Shown one piece after another: positions 12,301-26,408 of a stretch of 64,000 bases of DNA. Within the stretch, counting starts at the first letter, position 1; the number at the start of each line of letters is the position of its first letter. Location: the NCBI GenBank assembly GCA_964016885.1, contig OZ024746.1, forward strand, positions 43,152,001 to 43,216,000, in the 5' to 3' direction. Source of the DNA: Eledone cirrhosa (taxonomy: Eukaryota). Both the position numbers and the translations under genes were made by a program. The notes under the pieces are model-generated. The model worked only from the letters and a program-made list of their open reading frames with translations, did no database searches and had not been told where the DNA came from.

Positions 12301-15300
12301 CGGATTAAATGTTCAGTTATGAAAGTTTGAGTTAAAGATCAGAGAATGCTTTCATAGTAAACAATGTTTAAGTATGTTATATGACCATATGGAATGTACA
12401 ACAATGACAATAATAATAAATAAAACTGTAACGAAGGTAATGGAAAACGTATGTCATTTGCAATTTTAACACAACAATTAATAATATTGTGAAGAAAATT
12501 TGTGGAACCACAAGATCAAATCTAAAATCAAACTATGTTGTGCTTAATAAAAAGGATTATGAATGTAATAATTATTACAGTCAGAGATTCATGAAACCAA
12601 ACCTGTAAACAAATTTTGATTACTGATTAAAGCAGACCTCTTCATTTATAATACAAATTGTTTAAGAAAGAAAATGAACATTATAGCAAATTGAATTGTT
12701 ATTGGAAGAAGCAAGTGAGTACAAGATATAGTTCTTTGTGACAGTAATGCCATCTTAAATAGTAAATACATTGATATTGGCTAAGAAAAGTTATGATTCA
12801 AATTAATACTTAAAATATCTTAGTAAGACTGAATTTATGTAATATATGTATACATTACTGTATATATATATTCACATATAATTTGCACTGGTAGATAAGA
12901 GGTGATTTAATTTTACATGACATATTTAAGATTTATTAATTACTTTAAATTGAGGTCTTGCAGGTCCAGTTGATAATTACCATGTTGGTTTTTCACACAT
13001 GTCCTCATGAAATATAAGATATACAGGACATATATATATGGATTCAGTAAGAAACTGGTTAGACCATTATTCAGCAGAGTACTCAACACTACGGGTAGAG
13101 GAATATGGTTGTATTGATATATGTTATCTCTACTATATTTTGAAATAGGTCATGAAAATTTCGCAGTGAATACTCAAATTTATTTGTTTTATGTATTAAA
13201 GGTACTTATTTATGTCTAAAAAAAAAAAGATATATAAAATATACACATAAATAAAATTGCTTATAAAAAATTCAAGTGTGGAAAGAAATGTACAAAAATA
13301 GAAAATCAGTTGAATTGACTGCACTTTAATTTATCTATAGAAAGACATATGTGGATGAAATAAGACAAAATGTCCTATATTAAATGATATGTAAAAGAAT
13401 TATGGAAATTAACAACAGTGCATTTGTGCATTTTAATGAAATAATGAATGAAAGTACTAAAGTTGTGATTCAACTGATGAAATTGACTGACATTATGAAC
13501 GAAGCTCAACTATTGATAGTTGTCAGATAATCATGTGAAAACAGTTTACACAGGCACATAGTGCTTTGTTGATCATTAGATGGATATTACAACATTTTCC
13601 GCAAAGTTGATTACTTTTTTTAGCAGTTTTCTCTGGACTGGAATAACTACTATGGTGTATGGACTTAGAATGCAGCTGCAGTGAAGGGGAGAAATTACTG
13701 GAATTCAAGTTAATGTCAACTCTACAATTCATATACCTACTGCAGTAACTCACTGCATGATTTATAAAGAGGTGTTAGTGGCTAAAAATATTCTTCTGTG
13801 TTGTGTGTGGTAATAGATTTAGTTAAAATAGTCACCTTCATTAAAAGTTATGCATTGAGCAGTCACCTATTTGCCAGGATATAGAAATCAATTTTAGCAA
13901 ACTTTTATTACATACAGAAGAGATAACTAATAGACATAAAAGAATGTAATATTTTTATAAGGAAAAACTCAAATCTTGTAGAAATTGGTTCATGATTAGA
14001 ATTGCTTTTACATATTACGCTATTTGAAAGACATATTTGATAAGCTTAATAAACTTAATATGTCTTTACAAGGAAAGAACATCAACATTTTCACTTTGAT
14101 AAGTAAAATCAAACTATTCATGAAAAATAAAAACCTATAGAAACATGCAGTAAAATAAATGATGAATTTGAAGTGTTTTCATCCTACTGAAAACATTCAT
14201 GTAATATATTTTTGCTATCATTAAAGTTCTGTGTGGTCTTGTATCTATATTATTTTATATTTTCTGAGTTTTATTTTGTTAGTAATTTTTTTGTTTCATA
14301 TAATCTTATGCAGGTTATGATCTTTTCTTACCTACTGAATATATAACACTGAAAGAGGGTCTTATGAAAATTTGTCTGATAAAAAAGAGAGAAATAATCA
14401 AAGCAGTCTCACATTAAATTCTATAAGAAAAACATTAACAGCAGAATAAGAATGATATAACATGCACACACATTCATAGACACACACACATGCAGACATA
14501 CATATATACATGGTATTAAAAATTGGGATCGATACGAAATTGTGAGCATTTAAAAAAAAAATCTTTAGTTCTTGTTATATTCAGACAAAAACTGATTTAC
14601 CATTCTACAATAGAAAAATGTAGAAATGTCAAACAACTATTCAATTTAGCAATGAAATTGTAAAATCAGCATTTGCTAGACTGAAATTTAATTGATTGTC
14701 TCATTGTTGTAAAGTTAACTGATAAAGGTAAGGTAGCATCCACAATAGAATATATTTTTAAATGTCTTTTTTTTTAATTCCTTCTTTATCTCTGTATGGG
14801 TAGGGAAAGCTAGACCTAGAGTATAAAAATCTTAAAACAGTGAAAGAGGAAAGAGATTAGCTTGATGTTGATAATTTATTTTTCATTTATACATCACTAA
14901 TTCTGGCACATAAAAATTGTTTTAATGCACATAAAAGATTGTTTTTGCCATTCTGTAAATTATTAGAATGTGCAATATTACTCTTTAATGACTGTAGAAA
15001 AAATGGTTTAATTGGACAACTCTGGGTAAAACAAAGGGAAGCATAAATATTTTAAACTGAGGTCATGAAAAGAGAAGTATCAGATTTGAAACTATAGTTG
15101 AAGGTATTGAAGGAAGTCACCAAAATTTCTGACCCTTATAAATAGGACTATTTTTATTGCTGGTATACAAGTCCATCTTATTTATCACAGATTTAATGGT
15201 GATGTAAAGATGTGAATTCAAATGACTTTTCTAAAATTTAGTGATTAAAGTATTATAATCAGATGGAAATGAATATTTAGTTTGAAATAGCTATTGGTTA

Positions 15301-15644
15301 TGTAATTATTTTATCTTGTAACCAACAGATGAAAAATATGCATCTTTGGAGTCCATTTGAAGGTGAAGTTGTATTGAATATCCTGAGATCATAGTTGCTA
15401 GGGCAGTGGAAATTGTATTTAAAAGATTATATCAGGATATCAGGCCAATCATGATTTCATTAACTATTCATTTGAATCATTAATCAGATGTGTACAATCT
15501 AACTAGGTGTTGATATTAATACCTGATATGATTATATGTAAGTAACATCATAAACTTCGTTTTAATATCTGGAGTGAGTGGATTAGTTGGAAATGTAGTA
15601 AATTTAAAAACAACTAAAACATGGATAGTCTGTCTACTCAAAAT

Positions 15645-15952
15645 TTTCTGATACAGCAACGTGTTCTTCACATCTAACCTTTATCACTTTATCACCTCAG
15701 CCACAAACGCAGGCTCTGCCTCCCACAATGTAGAGGAGAGGTAGACAGTCAGATACTGGGACCTGACCAACCGCTTCCTTTTTGCACTGATCTCCATCAA
15801 GACCTCTGGTGTCCTTGGTCCCCACACTGCTGATTTCCTCCATAAAATCAGAAAGACAGCAGCCCGCTTGAGGTGGGGTAGCTTTTGCAGCAGGTACTTT
15901 TGGCCATTTTCTGCATTAACGCTTTGGCCATCTTGTCTGTGGGGCACATCTG
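15645..15952 (+). mobile_element. CRE-clade non-LTR retrotransposon, restriction-like endonuclease (REL) C-terminal fossil
   Basis: ATNAGSASHNVEER*TVRYWDLTNRFLFALISIKTSGVLGPHTADFLHKI..LQQVLLAIFCINALAILS; homologous to 46615-46915. Confidence 0.75.
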
Positions 15953-16469
15953 AGGCACCACCCAAACAGGGAAGTAGTGACTGTCCCACCCCCTCTTCTT
16001 TTCCTTTTCCCCCATTTTCTGTTCCTTTTAATAATGTGTTCTGTTTTTATTAGATACTGTTCAATTATTTTTATATAATGTCATTGGCTTTTCATGACAT
16101 TGAGATTTTGTATATTGAATAAATAACAACATTTATTGCTTCAAATACATTCTACGTATTTTGATTCATCTCAAAGGGGTACTATCTAGTCATTGACATA
16201 TTTCATAAAAAGAGGAAAACCATTCCATTTTTTCCTTTTAAACTTGCTATTTGTTCTCTTTAGCATCTCCCCTAGCACTTATGACACCTAGATAACAAAT
16301 TAACTTCTACTGTTGGTGATCTGTGACTTGCTATATACTTAGTTACCTCATTGCATCATTCAACTTAACAAATGTTACAGCACATCTATCAGGTTGACAG
16401 ACTGCACTGCATATCTTATGAATCTATTTCTTGCATTGACTACACTGTTTATTAAAAAAGGGTGATTTA

Positions 16470-16687
16470 AAGATTTAGCATTTAAACCGGCCATATCCGA
16501 CCAGCATTGTCTCACCTCCTCCTGTTCAAACTGGCTATAAACGGTCACTCATACTTATCTTATTGTTCTCAAAATAAATAATATCAAAATCTCATAGATT
16601 TGATATGCAAGATAATTATGTGAGGTAAAGCCTTTACTGTGAAAATATGATAGTAAATAGAGAGTAATGTAAATGCTACAGGGTTAA
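16470..16687. mobile_element. piggyBac-like MITE, left end decayed
   Basis: TTAGCATTTA at left and TAAATGCTACAGGG-TTAA at right; internally homologous to 31412-31603. Confidence 0.65.
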
Positions 16688-18004
16688 TGAAATTTATCAA
16701 AGATATAGGAGCCAAATCTCTCACAAATCACATGGCAATCTTAAAATGGTAAGATGAGTTGAATAATGTTGTTCTACATATATCACATCTAAATGAGTGA
16801 CAAGATAATTCTGAACATCTTTGTTTGGTCAGGAATGACATGATGATAAACAACTAGTAAACTCTTAGCTATAAAGCTGAAATTCTTTTTCCATCATTTT
16901 GATTGATGTTAACAAGGCAAATAATATTATAAAAAGAAATTTAAATGGTTATATGATGTACATTTGTTAAACATATATAAGAGTTATGCTATCAAAAGTT
17001 AAATATTGGTTAATATTTATAGGCTGTGAAGAACTTTGTTTGTTGCTCTTATATGTCTTTTTCATTTTGTTTTGAAATGCCTTATTACTGTTATTAATTT
17101 TTAATTTTAAATGCTTTTCAATTTCATAATTTCTACCTTTCCATTACTTAGTAAAGTGGTTAATGTCTTCTTTGTATCAAATTGATAAAAATTCTTTTTG
17201 TTGTTTTGGAGTAGAGCAGATCTTTAGAAAGTAGGTTTTTTTTATATGTTTTATTTTATCAATCCCTAGTGTATGTTCTTGTGTGTATATAAAGTTGATT
17301 TTTTCCTGAATTAGTTTACCTTGGAGTTTAGTTATTGTATTCAGATTTAATTCATCTTTTCTCCACTTTTCCAAAATGATATTTATTTATTACAGTAATT
17401 TTTTTATAGTTGGGAGAGACAGTTTCCTATGTATTTATGATTTGTCTCATAAATAAGTAATGAAAGTTGCATACAGTAAGGTAAAAAGAAAACTTTGTTC
17501 TTGAATCTATAAGATGATGTCCCTTTTAAAATATCTGAGAAATACAAAAAGAAAACTTATTCTAATAAAAAGAGAAGAGATAGATTACAAAATATTGTAG
17601 ATATTTCAAAACAGAAAATATATTTATAGCATACAGTAAAAAATAAGAAAATTTAGTTTGGATTAAAGAAAATTAAACAAAGTTTTTTTTAATGAAGCTA
17701 AGATTCTCTCAATATAATAAAAAAAAAAAGAAAATAATTTGAATGCTGTAGTACTATTCATCATCATAGTAACCAACATTGTTTCTATGTCTGTGGTTTT
17801 CATGCTGACTTGAGTTGGATGTGGCAGTGTTTCTACAGCCATTCTCCTTTCTCATGCTAACCTATACTTTATAAATATAGTATATATTGTTCATCCTCAT
17901 GAAGATACTATGCTGCAGGATGTATGGTTTAAACAGGAAACAAACATGTCGCCAGAGTTGGTTTAAAATAAACTGACACATATACATACCCCTCTCACTC
18001 TCTC

Positions 18005-18145
18005 ACTCTGTGTGTGGGTTTTTTTTTTACAGTTTCCATTTACCAAATTAACACAGAAGACATCAGTCGAAGGCTATAGTTGAAAACACATGCCCATGTA
18101 GGGTGTAGATCCAAACTACATAGTTGCAAAGTGACCGTTTAAACT
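18005..18145 (-). mobile_element. Highly decayed tRNA-derived SINE
   Basis: Plus strand CAGTTTCCATTTACCAAAT..GGCTATAGTTGAAAACACATGCCC resembles the antisense of a CORE-like SINE. Confidence 0.45.
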
Positions 18146-18628
18146 TCAGAACCAGTTAGTAAATAGAATATAAGTTTATCTTTAAGTAATTTGGTTACCT
18201 AGAAACAAGGTTCAAAGTATCAAACATAGAGACACACAGAATAGAGGACATTACAAATAACATTTTAAAAGTATATATGATAGGAAGAGATAAGTGAATG
18301 TAGAAATGGAGGCTAATTTAATTGCAAATATTGGAGAAAAAAATGAATTTCAAAATCCTGATTATTGAGATGAATATCTGAATGGAGTAAACAACTTCTG
18401 TTATGTTGGTTATCCTATCAATAATATGGCAGAAGATACCAAAATTCTTATATGATGTTATATGAAGATGTTTAACCCTTTTTTCTAAGTAAATCACTGC
18501 CTATATTTTCAAATTCTTTTGAAAATAAAGGAATTTGTTAAACTGATGTTTGGAACATAACAGATGTCCTTACATACAATTATAGTAAAAAAGATGAATA
18601 TAAACATTTTAAAATAAACAGCTTAGTA

Positions 18629-18870
18629 AACATATATGTTGCCAATCTCTTAAACTTTTATGAAGTGCTTCAGAAGATGAAGTTAATATAAAAAGTGGTG
18701 TGCTCATGTGTGGAGATGCTAAAAAATAGCATCTCCACACATGAACGGTGAAAATCCTTAAGGATGGTAAGCAGCCAATGGCAACTTCTTTTTCTATTTT
18801 TAAGGGTCTTTACCTAATTCTATAAGCTGTTTTATAGCATCTCCATGGATGAGTGCATCACTATTTATAC
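18629..18870. mobile_element. Unclassified 242-bp insertion between 16-bp direct repeats, with internal inverted repeats
   Basis: AATAAACAGCTTAGTA at 18613-18628 and 18871-18886; perfect 18-bp hairpin 18704-18744; imperfect ~40-bp inverted repeat ~18687-18726/18830-18869. Confidence 0.6.
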
Positions 18871-20199
18871 AATAAACAGCTTAGTATTGTTGAATCACAG
18901 ACGGTTTCCCACAATTTTGTATGAAATTGGTTAAGGAATCCTTATGTCATATGTAATTTAGTTTTATAACAAAAGTAGGAATTGTGATGGTGATATAAAT
19001 GAACAAAAAGAGTTTTTAATTATTGCTAAAACAGTATTTTATATTAGTCAGCAATGTGATTCACACATATGTCAGAAAGATGATAATACATAACAATCTG
19101 AATGTTAAAATTACAACATGAATCAACTTTCTTAATAAGAAAACTTCTTTGAATTAGTAGTAGTAGTAGTAGTAGTGTCTATGAAAATGTTGATAATATT
19201 GTACTGCACCATGTCTCACCTTAATAGTAGGTATATGGATTAGATTATTATATTTGTATCTTAGAATATTTAAAAATAAAAACGGTTTGCAAATATTGTC
19301 TCACATTATACACATTTAGTCATTGTCAAATGATTGAATGATTTTAGATCAGATAGTTACCAAAATTTCCACATATAAAAAAAATGTATTCCTTGTATAT
19401 TAATATGAAAAATGGCAGATCTTGTAATTTATCATTTTTTTTTTTACAGGAAATATCAATAATATTTTGTATATTCTAAGTAGGCATATCAATATGCTGT
19501 TAAATGTTGTGCCAATATACTTGTATATACAACAACATCTAAAAAGATTAAAAACACTAATGCTTATACAAAGTATACCAGCACTTTGTCTCCTTGAATA
19601 GTAATGTAGCCCAGTTTTTAAGCATTATTATTGATTATTAAATGTAATTTACAACCAATGTATGTTTTTCTGCATGTACAACATACATGTTCACTAAAGG
19701 AAAATATATTTGCCAATAAAATGGAAAATATCAGCTGGCTAAATACATTATGTATCTTTGTTTATCTACAAACACCAATATTTAAAGAAACAATGGACAG
19801 ACAAAATGATTATACATATGGATAAGTACAACAATTAATTGCTAAATAATAAAAATCTTTTGACTGCAATAAAGAATAAAATCCTGTTAATTTGCTATAG
19901 TAAAAGTTTCTTGGGTTTATGTAATTAAAGACCCTTCGAAAGAAAGAGGAGGAAAGGACTTAGTTTGAAGATAGAAAAATATCTTCTTTAAATACATGAT
20001 AAAACTAGGACAGAGTTAAGCTGTTTAATTGGTATCAAATACTGATAATCTTCCTTGAATACTTTCTGGGTTAAAAACCACTATTATTGGATTAGCCATA
20101 TGTGAAGCTTCTTTAAATGGGCTCATTGGCACAGTCCATTCCATAAATTTGTATTTGTGAATTAACTGTGCAAAATGTCACTGCAGACAGAAAAGGGGT

Positions 20200-20868
20200 C
20201 TAAATTGAGACATGGAAAGATTTGGGGATTAAGCTGGAATCCAAATTCAGATAAGGAAATAATATATTCTGGCAGATAATCTGCTAACTTTGTAATAATA
20301 AGTTCATCTCCACACTTGCTATCAGGAACACATCTAGGGTTCTCTTCAATTCAGAGAGGTGCATCATCACAAGGTGGAGAGAATACATTGCTGATTCCCT
20401 AAACACAATTACAACAGCATCTTCTGATATATATGAGGTGCATCTGGTAGTGATGACTATACTCTCAGAGGCTGAGATCATAAGAGCGATTAAAGAGCTC
20501 AAATATGGCAAGGCCTCCGGAGAGGATGAAATTTGGCCTGAGATATTAGAAGGTATTCTCTGGCTGACTTATGTGCATCAGGTGGCCTGGATCTCTAGAA
20601 AGGTACCTAAACAATGGCAATTGAGAGTGAAAATCCCAATTTAAAAAGAAGAAGGACAAGAGAGATTTCTGCAATTATAGAGATCTACTTGTTAAGTCTA
20701 TACTAAGTGTCTGGCAAAGAGATGTAGGGATATTGTTGAATCCAAGCTAGCTGATGAACAGATGCAGCACAACCGACCAAATATTCACACTGTAGCAGGT
20801 TTTTGAGAAACCATGGGAGCATTGGCAAGAAGTGTATACTTGTTTTGTAGACCATGAAAAGGCATATG
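20200..20868 (+). mobile_element. Decayed RTE-clade (Rex3/Expander-like) ORF2 fragment, linker and RT N-terminus
   Basis: RWREYI..SEAEIIRAIKELKYGKASGEDEIWPEIL..VPKQWQ..IPI..CNYR..TTDQIFTL*QVFEK..CFVDHEKAY. Confidence 0.85.
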
Positions 20869-23800
20869 TCTGCAATTAGGAATGAACTTAGCTCCATCTG
20901 GTGATATCCTCAATGATTTTGGGGTCCAATTTGATAAGAGTACTTCAACTGTATGTAACAAGATTCCTGCAAATCCCCTTTCTTAGTCTACTTTGATTCT
21001 CTGATAAAGCACCCACAGGCAATCTGATGCAACTAATCAACAATCTATGGCTTACAAAGTTTGTCATTGAATATGAAAAATCCATTTAATCAATGAAACG
21101 ATAAGGTTACACTTGAAAAATATTCTGAAATATTGTTCAAATAATTTACCCACTTACTCATTATTAATCTTCTAATAATATTGCTATCGATGTGATTTTT
21201 TGTTTTTCTTTTGATGGGGAAGAAATTTTAATGTTGTGCTAATATAACAAGAGTAGAAATGGTAGAATTGTCAGGAGATTCTTTTACTGTTGTTACAAAT
21301 ACTATGTAAACAGCTATCTTTGACAGTTTTGTCAATAGAATTGTTAGAGAATTAAACCCAGCTTTACACTGGCTTGTCTCTTGGTATATTCATATTTTAA
21401 TAATACTATAAAGATATAGTAGTTACAGCAAGTGAAGATAATAGTGAATTGGTCTTTGTAATAGCTAATATGACTTTGCCACAATGCACTGGTTTTCGTT
21501 TAAAAATATAATCTTAAATCAAATTATATGCCAAAGAAGTGCATCAATTAATAATATTATTTGATATTAAACAGAAACATAAGCTTCAGCTTAGCAGAAT
21601 TGAGGCTATGAAGCTGTTTGAATCTAACTTCAGTTATTTGAAAAATTTACAAAGAACCAGAATTTGTGTATTTAAAATAAATTCAGCTATTTTTGTCTTG
21701 TTTAGTTTATGTAGTACTTAGTTTATTTTAATTGATTCACCATTGTTTACTTAATAGAAATATTTTTAAATCAGTGTTCCTTATGAAGTGAAAGATAGAA
21801 AACTTACTTGATGATTAGCAGAGTATAGTAAAATTACAATTATTTCTAACTGTTAAAGTCAACTTTATAAATATAATGGACTTGATTATAGCCAATCAGG
21901 ATTTTCTACCATATAAGAACTCATCATTTAAAATACAATGTAGTATTTCCATTTAACAGTTAAATCATAGAAGATGAACTATTTTGACATCCAAGTTTAG
22001 GAATTGAAACCTTATTACATCCATTAAGTAGCATCCTTAGTCAAGGTACGTAAATGAAATTGTATTATTTTGATGTTTGGCTTAAAGCTATGTAAATAGG
22101 TAATAAATCTAATTCAGTAAAAACCATTGTCATCCATGTTTATGAGAAAAGAGATATTATTAATCCTTTATCCTATTTAGTATTTGTACTCAAGTAATAT
22201 TTCTTAGATAAAGCTCCCTTTCCCCATAATAATGTTTATTTCTTCAGTAATATATTTGAAGTGTCAAATTGCTGTAACAAACATTTTAGGCAACACTAGT
22301 GTTTCAGTATTTATGCTAGACACCATCCAATTATTAACTACTAGAGAACATTTAAGAAAAGTTTGAAAATATTCTTTCAAACGTTTACACTAGCTAAGGT
22401 TTAAAATATTGCACCTCTAAGTCTCTTCAATACTGAAATATCTATGTTAAATAAACATTATGTACATAACAATTCTAATGTTACTTATGTATTTCATATT
22501 AGTGTATGAACATAAGTACTAAAAACTATTGAAGAAAATTTCATTTCTCTCAAAAATAGAAATCATAAATAAATTAACATGACAGAAAGATTAATCTATG
22601 TTGAAATCATGTTGGCCATTAGAAATAAAAGAAAGAATCTATGCTTTGTAAAGAGATGTTAAAAGTATATTTCTTAAGACTGCTTAGCTTTAAAATCACC
22701 ATAAAGGCTAGAACATGCAGACATTCATACAGTACAAATATCAAAGGAATTTTCTTTTTTGTAAGCTATCTCAATCACCAGATCTAATCTTTATTTGGAA
22801 TACTCTTGTGAGTAAAATAAATTATAATAATTCGTTATTTTTTGTTTGTAGCTAAAAAGCAATTTTAAACACTCGAGTAGTAAATTTATTCATAATAATC
22901 TACTAAATTTTCATTTAAATAATGCATTCATGTACATAATTCCAGCCCTTGGCATAAACAATTGAGAGGTTATATGCATATATTAATAGGAAATTCTGAT
23001 ATAAATTAGTTTTCATTCAGAAATTGTAAACTTTAATTATAGTAACAAACTAAGTGTTACAGATGCTTAAGGATGAAAATGAATTAGTATGGAATTATTG
23101 AAATTCACATTTTTTGCAGAAAATATATTTTTAATTTTAAAATTAGTTTTTAAATGTAACGATTACAGTCTTATAGCAGAAGATTCTTCAGTTTGAGAAA
23201 TATGATTCAATTACAAACTACTTGCATTTTGGGTCAAACTGCAATAAGTTAACAATATGTGAGTGGGAAGAATTTAAAAAGTGCATATAAGTGAATTGAA
23301 GAAATATTAAAGATCATTTTGAAATAGCTTATTGGATGAAAGAAAAAACTATGAAGAGATCTAGTTTTATAATACAGAGGAATTTCTAAATTGATTTCAT
23401 GAAAAGTTGAAAATAAAATTGTATTCTGAAGATTGACGCTACCAGTTTCTCCCATTTATTCATTTTGGTGATAATTATATCTATTCCTATTTTAGTTCTT
23501 CATATGTGTAATGATGATTACTTTATATGCTATTATAAAGTAAAATATACATTTGGGTATGCCATTTAACAAGTTGATGTCAAACGTTGTATATTTTTCT
23601 GAGGCATTTTAGCAACATACAAGAAATCTATTAAGAGATTGTCAATAGGTTAAGATACAGTAACATATATAAAGATAAATGTGGGTATTCTTATGCTACT
23701 TTAAGACTGTTGAAAGATTTCATGTGATAAAGAAAGTTATCAAATGAAACTAAATTTTAATCAATTATCTCATTTCCTTTTCCAATCAAATATATGTATA

Positions 23801-24079
23801 CCAATGCTTTGATCTGCTATCATTAATCATATTTCTGATACAGTGACTTCTTTGAAGTATGTTAGTGAAGTTGGCAAATTGTCTCCCATGGTTAATCTGG
23901 CCACGTGTTGACTGCCCGGGCACTAGATTTTAAAATCTATTTTTACAAGATATCACACACAGTGACCTGTTAGTAACAATCTTCAATGAACTAGTTTTTA
24001 GTTAAGTTTGAAAAACCATCACAAAGCTCTATATTGGTGGTGTGAAACTTCCATGTGATGTTAAAAACTATCCATACAA

Positions 24080-24660
24080 TCATCACCAGCATCATCACCG
24101 TTTAACGTCCATTTGTCTATGCTAGCATGGGTTAGAGGAGTTGTCGCGTTGTGAGACAAGGCAGATCAGATGAATGTGTCTTGCTCATACAGGGCTGGTT
24201 TTGGTTTGGTTTCTATGTCTGGATGTCCTTCCTAATACCAACCACATTTACAGTGTGTACTGGGTGCTTTTTGTTGTGACACCTACACGACCACTTTACA
24301 GTGTAGACTGAGTGTATTTTGTTGTGTCACTAACACGATCACTTTACAGTGTGGGCTGGGTCCTTTTTGTCTGACACCTGTACAACCACTTTACAGTGTG
24401 GACTGAGTGCCTTTTGTTGTGTCACTAACACCATCACTTTACTGTGTGCACTGGAGGCTGGCAGATTTATCTGGCAAAGGGTAGGTGGTGTATGGTAGGG
24501 GGAAGAAAGTCAGGGGAAGATGGTGCATACTAGATGCATGCTTCAACCCTTGCCCAAGGTAGGTTTTCTGAGTTACTGCATAATGCCAGAGATCTTGATG
24601 TAGGAGTATATTCTGCTTGGCTGATATTTAACCTTCTGCGTGAGTGTGCATGTCTTGCAA
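24080..24660 (-). mobile_element. Older RTE family A/B 3' end with four ~47-48-bp tandem UTR units
   Basis: CATCATCACCGTTTAACGTCC tail; unit CACTTTACAGTGTG..TTTTG..GACACC..AC repeated across 24243-24455; decayed ORF end beyond. Confidence 0.82.
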
Positions 24661-25689
24661 CTATATAATAAAACAGATTCAACCATTATTGCTAAAAGGA
24701 GTCTGATTTTAATACTTTTCCAGATCTTTGATAATTTATGATATACTTGTTACACAGCTGTAATTTTTTAAACTGAACTTGACTATGACAATCAGAAACA
24801 CTTGGCCTTAGACTCACAGACAGTAGAAGCAGACATGTACCACCTATTGTAGTTTGGAACTATGTATACTGATAACATTGTATTACTATCAGAACAAGCC
24901 CCCAAAATTGCTAGACAAGATAGAGAAGTGAGTTGATAATAAAGTTGATCAATTTATCAGTAGTAAGAAAACAGTATAAAAAATTAAATCTTACTCGAAA
25001 TCCAGACAGTAACTAAAAATTGCTGAACATTTAAAATATATTGGATCTTGTATAACAAGCATGGAAAAACATTTCTACAGAATTAATCTGAAATATAATC
25101 TAGGTAAACCAACAATATTAGCTTCCGTGTTCGCAGGAAAAATAGATGTTAAATGATGATGAATCTATACTCTAGGATTCAGAAAAAATGTTATCAATGT
25201 TTTATCCTCATTATGATGTGTACTAAAGTACTTGTTTTTCATTAAAATGTCTTTCCCTGAAGATAGTGATTTTTTTCTCTGGTGGTATATTTGTAGTGTA
25301 AAATTAGTGAAGAGATCACTTTAGGAAATACAAATATTTAAAATAGCTATGCCATAAACAGCCCAATTATTTACAATCATCACATCCACAAGGAAGTTTT
25401 TGAGGCAAGCACATGTGTAGTGCATAATTTATTGATTAAATTACACAATTGATTACCTTGAAGATGCAGTTACTATTGTGATACATATTTGCACATTTAT
25501 CACATTAAATATATGAAGTCTTTCTAAATTGTCATAAACCAGAGCAACATGAGTTAATAATTCAAGCCTTAATACATAGCATTCTTATTTATTAGCCCTT
25601 TTAATGATTTCTATTCTCTACTGTATCCTAAATTGAAAGTAATTTGTGATGTGTGAAAATTTATATAAGCCATTATGACATATTATTCT

Positions 25690-25758
25690 TTGAAACGAGT
25701 TGTAGTGCACCTGAGCACTTTACACAATAATTTCATTATTATTATTATTATTATTATT
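25690..25758 (+). mobile_element. Short retroposon 3' end with (ATT)n tail
   Basis: GAGTTGTAGTGCACCTGAGCACTTTACACAATAATTTC followed by an ATT run. Confidence 0.4.
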
Positions 25759-25957
25759 AAATATGAGAAGTATGGTATTTGAAGTACTAATGAGCTATCG
25801 GTGAGGTAAAACATTAAGAGATGCCCTTTTTTGTATACTATAAGCTAACAGAAAGATATCATAGAATATTCATGTCTAATTTATTAAATGTATCACCCTA
25901 TCTTATTGGAATGATATTGCCTGCAGAGAGAAAAGGGTAAGTTAAATAGAAGATAAT

Positions 25958-26145
25958 TGTTTCTACATTTGGCACAAGGCCAGTAATTACCCAGTGCATT
26001 ACTGGTACTTTATTTTATTGACCCCATAAGGATGAAAGGCAAAGTTAACCTCGGCAGGATTTGAACTCAGAATGGAAAGGGCCGTAACTCTATGCATCAA
26101 AGCATGGCGTCCAACCCTCTACCGATACTGCCAATCCACCGCCCT
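25958..26145 (-). mobile_element. Full-length Nin/Deu-like SINE with 16-bp TSD
   Basis: TTAAATAGAAGATAAT at 25942-25957 and 26146-26161; body matches 6893-7083. Confidence 0.92.
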
Positions 26146-26231
26146 TTAAATAGAAGATAATAATGAAGATACGGTTTAATTACAAAAATATATTAAACAT
26201 TTATAATCAATAAAAACTAAAGGAAGATAAT

Positions 26232-26408
26232 TGTTTCTACTTTAGGCACAAGGCCAGCAATTACCCAGTGCATTACTGGTACTTTATTTTATCGACCCCG
26301 TAAGGATGAAAGGCAAAGTAAACCTCGGCGGGATTTAAACTCAGACCTTAAAGGGACGTAACTATGCTGGAAGGCATGGCGTCCGACTCTCTACCGATAC
26401 TGCCAATC
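26232..26408 (-). mobile_element. Nin/Deu-like SINE, slightly 5'-truncated, 9-bp TSD
   Basis: GAAGATAAT at 26223-26231 and 26409-26417. Confidence 0.9.

Noticed and set aside
24243-24455. CRISPR-like array of regularly spaced repeats
   Set aside because: The whole ~47-bp unit is repeated with no unique spacers, it lies in a LINE 3' UTR, and there are no cas genes.
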